A stretch of DNA of 61,942 bases, counting the filler, from Sluysia triapertura (taxonomy: Eukaryota): the NCBI GenBank assembly GCA_046118255.1. It is 5 parts of 5 records of this genome, joined end to end, with 100 filler letters (N's around TTAATTAATTAA, not from the genome) between each part and the next. Parts side by side here need not be neighbours in the genome. Positions count along the whole stretch, not along the records: positions 50,011 to 61,942 come from JBJNIA010155047.1; 4 more parts are not named here. One strand, given 5' to 3'. Below the pieces are notes generated by a model. That model searched no databases. It was not told the DNA's origin and saw only the letters and a list, made by a program, of their open reading frames with translations. Shown one piece after another: positions 53,293 to 61,942 of this stretch (its first letter is position 1; each line of letters starts with the position of its first letter). The position numbers and the translations under genes were made by a program.

Positions 53293-54144
53293 GCAATAAA
53301 GATGAATTAAATGAATATGACTGTAATAATAAAATTCTAAGATAAATAAATTTTGAAAAAAATTCAACTGACATTTTTTATTGGCCGAATTTAATACAAA
53401 TTCAATTATTACATGGAAAATTTTTATTATCGAGTGTTATTCACTTATTTGGGTTGATTATTATAATATTTGACTTTATTCAATTATTGACTATCATAAT
53501 TTAATAAATTATTTTGAATACTATAAATATTATATCATATTATCACAAACTGATTTGATATAAAAACGAATTTTAACCCCATAAAGTTATTTTGTTAATA
53601 GAATTTATTGATGAATTTCCATTTGCTTGTAAAGAATTATTGCCATTTAGTTTAATAAAGAATTTTCTTTTAGATAAAGATAACAGAAGCATAAATGGAA
53701 TTCAGGAATATTGTTTAATGACTATTTAGCACGCAGGGATAAAATAAAGGTAGATGTACAAAATAACAGAAAAATCATAAACAGATCTAAAAAAACGTAT
53801 CAGTGATCTTAAAATAAAATTACAAGAAAATAAAAATAAAATTATAACTAAAGGAAACCAAAAAATATGTTAATATCAAAATAAACATCTAAATATCATA
53901 AAATCAAAAATAAATAAGAAATAGATGTGAACCGAATACAATAATATCGTTACAAGAACTGAAGAAAAATCAATAATTTTATTAACATAGAAATTAAAAA
54001 TGGATACTAACAAGTACAAAATAATTAGAAAATGATTGAATGTAAATGTTGTTGCGAGTATCTACAATTAATGTAACCAAATTCATAAATCACACATAAT
54101 ATCTATACAGTTGATTATTCATTAATATATAAATTAATTATTAA

Positions 54145-54341
54145 CACATTCTATGCGGGCTATTTCACTCCAATCCAATCTGAAAGTGGGCGATTTTTGG
54201 ACATTTGCGCAATAAATAAATCTTTCAGTTTTTTATCTTATGATAATTTATTTATTATAATTACATCCGAGTTTCGTCGGTTACCGCACCCTAGCGATAC
54301 TATGTGCAGAACGTGTTAACTTGTTTCCCGCAAAGAATGTG
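54145..54341. mobile_element. piggyBac-type MITE (197 bp) with an internal second right end
   Basis: TTAA-CACATTCTATGCGGG ... CCCGCAAAGAATGTG-TTAA; internal GCAGAACGTG-TTAA at 54306-54319. Confidence 0.85.
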
Positions 54342-57300
54342 TTAATAGACAAATGTCTAATAATGTACAAACAGATGTGGCAGTAAAAATTAAAAATAGA
54401 CGCATTTAGTTATATTATCACGATAATGTATAGAATGAAACAAATGGAGTTAAAAATTTAATTGTCTGTAAGATAAATATAATAGCCAATAGTATGAAGA
54501 CAATAAAAGTAAAATCGAAGATAGTAAAAAAAATTAATAATAAAAGCAACGTGTAATATTAATTTAAAAATAAAATTGGGATAGTAACCATATTTGAACT
54601 TATAATATGATATTTGTTTCCTCATTGTAATAACGGAAAATAATATAAATTGGGAATTTTGGATCTACATTTGAACTCGCTAATATTGAAAGCAATATTT
54701 TTATATATAATATTCGAATCATAATTTGATAACGCGTTTTTTGAATCATGGATATTTAAAATTTGGTGACTGCTTAGTTTGATAATATAGTTTGGCATAC
54801 AAGTGGACTATCAAAAACATGAAAAATGATATCTTCCATTTTCAGCAGACTTAATTTTACCTGAGTACAAAAAACTTTAGAATGGTTAGTAATATTTTCA
54901 AACAGATTTCAAATTTGAATTCATCATAAAAAATCTTTCGATAGACATAGGTTGACCTAGTTGATGATGTTTGACTATTTGATATTTGTGCTATTATTCT
55001 TATTCTTATTGTTTTTCAACGTCTTTCAATTATTTAAGTTTCATCTTCAACAGCAACATGTTTGGATAAGTTTAACTTTGTTTTTATTTACTATAAAGTG
55101 CTTATTTCATGTTAAATAAAGAGTAAAATTATAAAACAATTTGTCATTCCACCGAAAACTACGCGAATGATCACCCTTAAGATGTTTCTTTCTTTAGACA
55201 ATAGAAGCTTCTCAACAGTAGAATGGAAGATCACGTTCGATTTGCGATGGAAGAAGATAATCAAGTCAAGCTTCATGAAAGATTGTTCATTACAAAAGTG
55301 CATTCTTACCTCTTCAATCAACTAAAATCACGAGTTTATATCATAATGTTACAATATACATGGTAAAAAGCTGGATACTCATCTCGATCAATTTTCAGAA
55401 ATGATAATGAAGTAAATTTTAATTTTAATTTCGGTGATGACTATGAAAGAATTTCCTTTATACGTTGTGCTTATTGTAATGATGTATGTTTTGAGCACTT
55501 TTTTTTGTATATGTTAACCGAAAATTTTATATGCGGAAAAGGTTTTTATTATCTGATACTTTTTAAATTGCATAAAATTTACAAAACAGCTTTCAGTACA
55601 TTGTCAGTATCATAATTAAATTCTATAGTAAAAGAATTAACAGGTATTCAAAGGGATATAAAGTTTAAAACTAGTAATAACTATAAACAATTAAAGTATT
55701 GTCATACTATAACAGTTACAAGTGCATAAGCTAAAAAGCAAAGTTATAAATTTTACATTACACTTAAGTTGAAGATTTTACATTACAATAAAAAGTTGTA
55801 TAAGTTTTGCATTATTACTAAAAGAACTATAAAGAATAAATTCTGAGAAGAATTAAAGTCGAAACCCACTAGGAATTAAGACTTGAGATTAAATTAAATT
55901 AAAGTAATTATTTCGTAATTTCTATTCATAATTCTGGGTTATTTATATAAAATCGACACTTAAAATTAACTTCAAACTTATATTCTTTTAACAGACAATA
56001 AACAAACGTACACTTATATATTATTCACTAACCTAAAGCTAAAATAGACTAAAATAAATACAGAAAAATAAATAAATATTGTATTAAAATAAATAATTTA
56101 TTTCAAAATGGCCTTTAAACAATAAATCGTTTTTATCTAAAAGCACAACATAATCGAATCAATCATAGGAAGTTATTGCTTTATCCAACAAATCGTTGAA
56201 TAATAATGTTAGATTTATTTTATTTGGTAATATTCAGTAATATCATCTTGTTAAAGTATGTTTTACTTTATCACTGTACTTTACAATTTTGATTTTCTAA
56301 TAACTTGATTACGTCAATAAATATGTGTATGTCTAAAATTCATAAGGTTTATGGCTGCTTTCAATACTACTTTAAATATCTTATTTAATATGAATTCAAA
56401 ATATTACTGTATCTTAATAATAGTAATAGTGTTACAAAATCGCGTAATTCTTAATACAACTTGATTCCTTTCAAACTAACTTAAAGGTATTTATTTAAAT
56501 TAATAACAGTTGATCTATTTAGAAGCGTGAGATCAAATACTCGTTCTAAATAACCTGGAATGAAAACGCTAAGTTAAGTTTGTATTTCGAAATTGAATTT
56601 GATTTGACTCGTTAAAAATCTATACTTTGCTGTAATCGTTTGCCAGAAAATCAACACTTAAATCTTTCTTGGGGCTCTGCTCCCTTTCTTTTAGTTCAAT
56701 TAACGAAATTTATAAAGAAAACAAATTAAACTCGCGAAGGATTTATTAATCAAATAACAAAAATGAATAGGTAAATTATGCATCTTAATTATTATTGAAA
56801 TTATTATCAAAAATATGATATATTTCAATTTTAGCAATATTTATTACTAACTCCAATGTGAAAAATATTAGTCAAAGAAAATCAAATGTTTCTCAAATCT
56901 CGTAGATAGTTGTTGATGATTAAATAATATCGAATCCCGTAACTTGTGGATGGTGTCCTCTTTTGGCGATATAGAATTTACTGTCTATATAGAATTTTTT
57001 GTGGTTGTTGTTGTAGTTGAATATTTAAATTCCACCATTATTTATACTATTGATTATTTTTATTCAATAATAATAGTTTCATATTACAACTATGCAGTTA
57101 ACAATAATTTCAATAAACGACAATAGTTCAATAAATAAATGACGATAATTATAGTTATGTAGTTACAATTCAATAAATAATGAATGATGATAATTACAAT
57201 TATAAATTCACCGATTAATAATAATTATTAGTTGTAATGATTGCAAATTTATTAATCAAAAATACTGTATAGTTACAGTTTCACAGATTGATAGTTTTGT

Positions 57301-57989
57301 TAATAATTGTTAGTTATAATAGGAACAAATACTGTATAATAAATATTGCTTTTATTAAAATAATTTGTTATTAAATTTTGAATTTAAATCTCATTTTAAG
57401 TTAACATAAAGCATTATAATCTTAATGAAAATGATTTTAATTTTACTTTAAAAATAATTATTTATTTTAAATCCATTTAAATCAATTTTAGACTTTAAAA
57501 ATTAATGAATATTATGTTACAATAATAATAATAAATTTAAGGACGTAAACCCCATTTATAATATATTAAAATTTATTTTTTTAAAATATTTCTACTTTAG
57601 GGCATAATGCTCATGTACTTTGATAATTCCAATAGCATCACGTCATATTTGAATGATATATAAGCGTTCTATAAACGATATTTAACACAAACTCTATTAA
57701 TGTCACAAAATAATCAATCGTGGTTAACTTAATTTTTGATAATATTTGTTATTAACTTATTTTGTAATATTCATTGATGATGTTCGGCATTCCATTTATC
57801 CACTTTTGATCTGATAATTAACGTATTATTTAGTAATATTCAACCTGACAAATTTTTCTTTTCGGAGGTATTGTTCCAGTTAGTATAATTCTATAATTTT
57901 ATATAGTTTTGCCGTCTCTTGTTTAAATATCATAAACTTTTTCTTGTTTAATATTTCTGTATTGTTATCTTTGTTGATAGTTAATTTTT

Positions 57990-58300
57990 TTATTTAAGAG
58001 GAGTGTTGTTTCACGCCGTTAAACCATATCCTTCAAATTTACAAAGAGATAAGGGTCACAAAAGTTTCTAGGATATAGGTATACCAATAATGCGGATCCG
58101 CAACAGAATTGAAGCAGTATTAAAGAAAAATACTCAGGGTATCTTCCATAGGGATATAAGTCATTTACTGTAGGTGAACCCAACATTAAAATAATTGCAT
58201 TTTGACTAAATTGTTAGCAATTAAATGAAATTAAATTTAGGATTAAATGTTGCTACCGGAATGATATCAGATCTGTTCATGAAGCTAGAAAACTAAATGA
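57990..58300 (+). pseudogene. Protein kinase pseudogene fragment
   Basis: QGIFHRDI (catalytic loop), then NIKIIAF*L, which one compensating indel restores to IKIIDFGL. Confidence 0.55.
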
Positions 58301-58601
58301 TTATTTGAAGCTCAAATATAAAAAAATTGTGTCCATCAGCATGTACTAGAATTAGTCAAAAATTACGCAATACATTAAATAAAGAAATTTGCATAAATAA
58401 TTTTTATTATTTTTTGTGTGGTGCAACATGTTTTAAAAGTTAAGCTTTTTCATTTTTAAAATTTTTTTTCTGAATAATTTTAATTAATGAAGATATAATA
58501 ATGATTTCTTAACGAATTTTAAGATTTTTAAAAAATTAAACATTTTAATTTTAATGTAGAGTTATTAAATCTAGAATATTATAAAGTTGACATATTATAT
58601 A

Positions 58602-59070
58602 TCGTAGTGGCCAAATTATTAGACTAAAACAGGACAAATATGTTTTTGTTTGGTTTTCTTAATATTCGTTACGCTGGCCTGGAAACTCTCCAGACATGAA
58701 TTCCACAGAAAGTCTGTGGGAGATTGTCAAAAGGAGAGTTTCTACCCATAAATCAACCACTAGGATGGAACTTATTGAAGCCATGATAAAAGTATGGCAT
58801 CACGATGATGCGATCAAAGACTTGTGTGCCAAAGTTCATCTGTGGCATGCCTTTAAGGATTAGGAAATTATTGGATAACAAAGGAAGACAAATAAAGTAC
58901 ATTTTGATTTGTATAAATTTCTGTATGTTTTGGATCTCAGTATTTTTATCTATTATTTTACTTTCACCAGAATTTTTTTGGAGAAAATAGTTATTTTCCA
59001 ACAATTTACATTTTCCGTGACACTTTTGATCAATAGTTTAATTTTATCACAAAAATGGTTTAGTCTAATC
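58602..59070 (+). mobile_element. Internally deleted Tc1 element
   Basis: WPGNSPDMNSTESLWEIVKRRV...ELIEAMIKVW...GMPLRIRKLLDNKGRQIKY; partial TIR ATTAGACTAAA / TTTAGTCTAAT. Confidence 0.9.
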
Positions 59071-59145
59071 TAATATATGAAGGTAACATATTTTGTTAAA
59101 TCACCATGTGAACTTTTAATATTTATATAAATAATATACAAACGT

Positions 59146-59593
59146 TTATAAACTTAAACCTTGAAAAATTTCTTTTGATAATGATAATATTAACGTATGA
59201 TTGTTATAAGAAGTCGTTGATAAATGATGTAGATAACATAATTGTAAAACTATTTTCGATTCTTCAAATATATATGCAGCTTTTGATGCTTTCTGTTCAC
59301 CTTTTGCTGTTGCTAATTTTGTTCTTGCTACTCTATTTACTGCCACTTTTCGTGCACAACACATTGTATATAGTATGATATTTGTATATTTTTAATTTCA
59401 ACATTTTCTACTCCAACTTCCCAGTTTTCAGTATCTTGGAATAACATTTTATTGAATTTTTCTGCCACATTAATGCGATAAGGTAATGTTTCAGCCAGTT
59501 TTCTTAAAACAAGGTTATTTCTTAATACATATTTAGATTGAAGGTGAGTTGATAATGCACATTTTCAATATCAATAATAAATTTCATTGGATC
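59146..59593 (-). pseudogene. Stomatin (SPFH/band-7) pseudogene
   Basis: DPMKFIIDIEN/ALSTHLQSKYVLRNNL...TENWEVGVENVEIKNI/ARTKLATAKGEQKASKAA..EESKIVLQLCYL vs stomatin TLRNVLG...WGIKVERVEIKDV...ARAKVIAAEGE..ASRA...ESP.ALQLRYL; two frameshifts, no introns. Confidence 0.88.
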
Positions 59594-61149
59594 TACTTGA
59601 TTGATATCGAATCGTGAGATATCTAAAGAATTGAAAATACGAATAACCAAGGCGTATCTTGACAGTACATTAAAAAGCAGCAAAAGCGCCTTCAAACTAC
59701 AAATTACACAAAATAAAAATCATCACATATCTAATGTCACAAAAAGCAATTTTAAGTACTACAGTTTATAATAAATACATTAAATCTAAATCGCAATTTT
59801 CAAATCAAATTCACAAACTCTCAATACATTTAACCTTTTAAATCTTAAAATAACGATTAAAGTATAAATTAACGCGATAATGAAATTTCCGTAAAAGCAA
59901 TCCAGTCTCTGAAGTTACTGTACTTTTCTTTCAACTATACTTCCAAAACGCAACATATGATATTCATTGGTGGTGCTTTACAACGGGATAGCGAAATCGG
60001 TGTTGATTAATGAAGTGCTTAAGAGTATGCATGTTTTGAAATGATGTAGAAATTGGTAGAATGAAAATAAAAACTCATCTGATAATAAAAATTGTGAAAA
60101 AAGAATTCTCAGAAACTGAAGCAAATTCATCAAAGAACTACGAATGCAGTTAACAAATCAGTTAATAATAAGCTCGAGTTCAAGCATTAACTTTCTTTTA
60201 ATAGATGAGTTAGAAAAAGCACGAGCTCATAATATAACATACAATTCAAGAGAATCATTACTTAAAAAGTCACATGTAAATATGCAAAATAAGCAAATAG
60301 AGATTTGCATAAGACTAACAAAATTTAAAACGAAAATTTAATGTTTAACAATTAATGAGATAACAATAGCTGAAAGAATATGAATAATGATTGTCCTGGA
60401 TCTCCCAATCATCACAAACATTACTTAGCAAAAATACAAATGTAAAGTATACTAGTAACACTAAGTCTATATCAGAAATTATTCGCTTTCACAAATGAGG
60501 AGGCAGAAATTTTAAATCATAATTCGACAAATACAGAAAGAATGTCTAACTAATCAATAGAACTCAATTATAGTTGTTAAGAAAAGTCCACTTTTAAAAC
60601 TGCTCATAACAGTCAAACATCTTTTGCTGATGTTTATGTTTAGGATTCCCAAAAGGAAACATAAGATTGCTAATACACGGAAAAGTTCAATCAATACACA
60701 AAAGAAGATGAGATTAAAGAGGACAATAAGATCTAAGAATGAAATTTAAGAAATTTAAATAGATATAAGGCAACCATTGTACAACATAAAAATTCAACAA
60801 AGCTCATTAGATCTTGAACAATACTAATACATTACATTAAACCAATTAAAGTTTATTTAAATTAAATTATATAAAAGATTATTAAGAGAAAGGAGAAAAG
60901 ATTATATCCTTTATGTGTTGACTACCAAATACAATTGATTTATCACCAATAAAATGTCAAGGAAATCGAACAGTTCGTAGTATATCCATTAATGGTTATC
61001 AAAAGGTTTTAATTTTAATTTAGTAAAGAGGCAAGAGAAAGGACTTTAATAACAATAATAATAATAATAAATCCAGTGTACAAAGAAAAATAAATAAAAT
61101 TTAGTGAAAAAATAGCTGTCCACTGTGTAAGTAGTATGTATATGATTGT

Positions 61150-61942
61150 TCATTTGTAGGCAAGTGCTTTAAAATTACGTAACTGGAGTACATGTCCAAA
61201 TCCAATCAAATGTGAAATGGCCAATTCAAATTTCATTGGATATCTAATCATAGTATTTTTAATTATGCGTGCATTAATGTATTTATGGGTGTAATTGTTG
61301 TTGTAGCGAATTTTGAATAGTATTTTGAAAGAAGTTTTAAAGCTGAATTTTTAAACTTAATACTTATCGTTAAGGTATAAGCTGGATTTGAGGACGTATT
61401 ATTATTTTTATTAAGGAAGATCATACTAAGCGGTATCTTAAAGATTATGAATGTGTATGATGAATTTGTCTGATAACTATTTAATCTAAGGTTTAGTATT
61501 TGGTCAGAGAATATATTTATAGCTTTACTTAATTTCATTGTTATCAAATTTTTAATTTTCTTGCGAATCTCATAATAATTTTTAGAGTTTCTCAAATAAC
61601 AATATATATTAAACCTATATTTGAGGTTATTTTTTACAATATAATTAGTTTTTATGGCATGGATTAAAGTTTTAATAAAAATATAATAAACTAAAATTAA
61701 GATCCTATTACAAATAAAAATGTAAACATGATTTTTAATTTACCAATTTTGATGAATGTGAGAAACAAGAGTAACTGCACCGAAACGACCATTATACCCG
61801 ACTCGCAGCCATTTCACGATCCTGTAGTTTTCTTGATTAGCTAAAAAAAATTAAATAAACAAATCAATTTAGGACTAACACAATTGATGTTAAATAAAAG
61901 TTCATAAAATTTGTCTGCGACCGTACCTGTGTCTTTCGGTAA
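61150..61942 (-). pseudogene. Spliced, degenerate protein kinase (pseudogene or pseudokinase), running off the window edge
   Basis: Frame-compatible exons 61927-61942, 61744-61840 (ENYRIVKWLRVGYNGRFGAVTLVSH, Gly-rich loop) and 61614 leftward (YYEIRKK...NSYQT..FIIF...MHA*LK..NTMI...LIGFG), with GT-AG introns of 86 and 129 nt. Confidence 0.55.

Noticed and set aside
59940-60350. LINE ORF1-like fragments (also about 28500-28620 and 49200-49400)
   Set aside because: Only vague I..VGR-type similarity; too weak to call.
61650-61670. LWHG as the MBOAT catalytic-His exon
   Set aside because: Stop codon a few codons later, no convincing splice sites, and on a different contig.

Overview
Very AT-rich, gene-poor eukaryotic DNA, probably from an invertebrate animal (integrin-beta, DEG/ENaC, stomatin and Ly6-like fragments; GT-AG introns; abundant (AAT)n). 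The window is five contigs of 10.8-14.6 kb joined by artificial 100-bp linkers (44N-TTAATTAATTAA-44N), so adjacency across linkers has no demonstrated meaning. Most recognisable sequence is decayed: mariner, Tc1, Tc2/pogo-like and piggyBac DNA transposons and MITEs, non-LTR retrotransposon remnants (an RLE-type endonuclease end, an Ulp1-like protease region, a LINE RT), and host-gene pseudogenes. The most confidently identified intact host exons belong to an MBOAT1/2-type lysophospholipid acyltransferase, and two different exons of that protein lie on opposite strands 2.7 kb apart within one contig. A conserved double-hairpin leader also precedes two decayed ORF clusters. All protein assignments come from manual translation and remembered family motifs; no searches were run.
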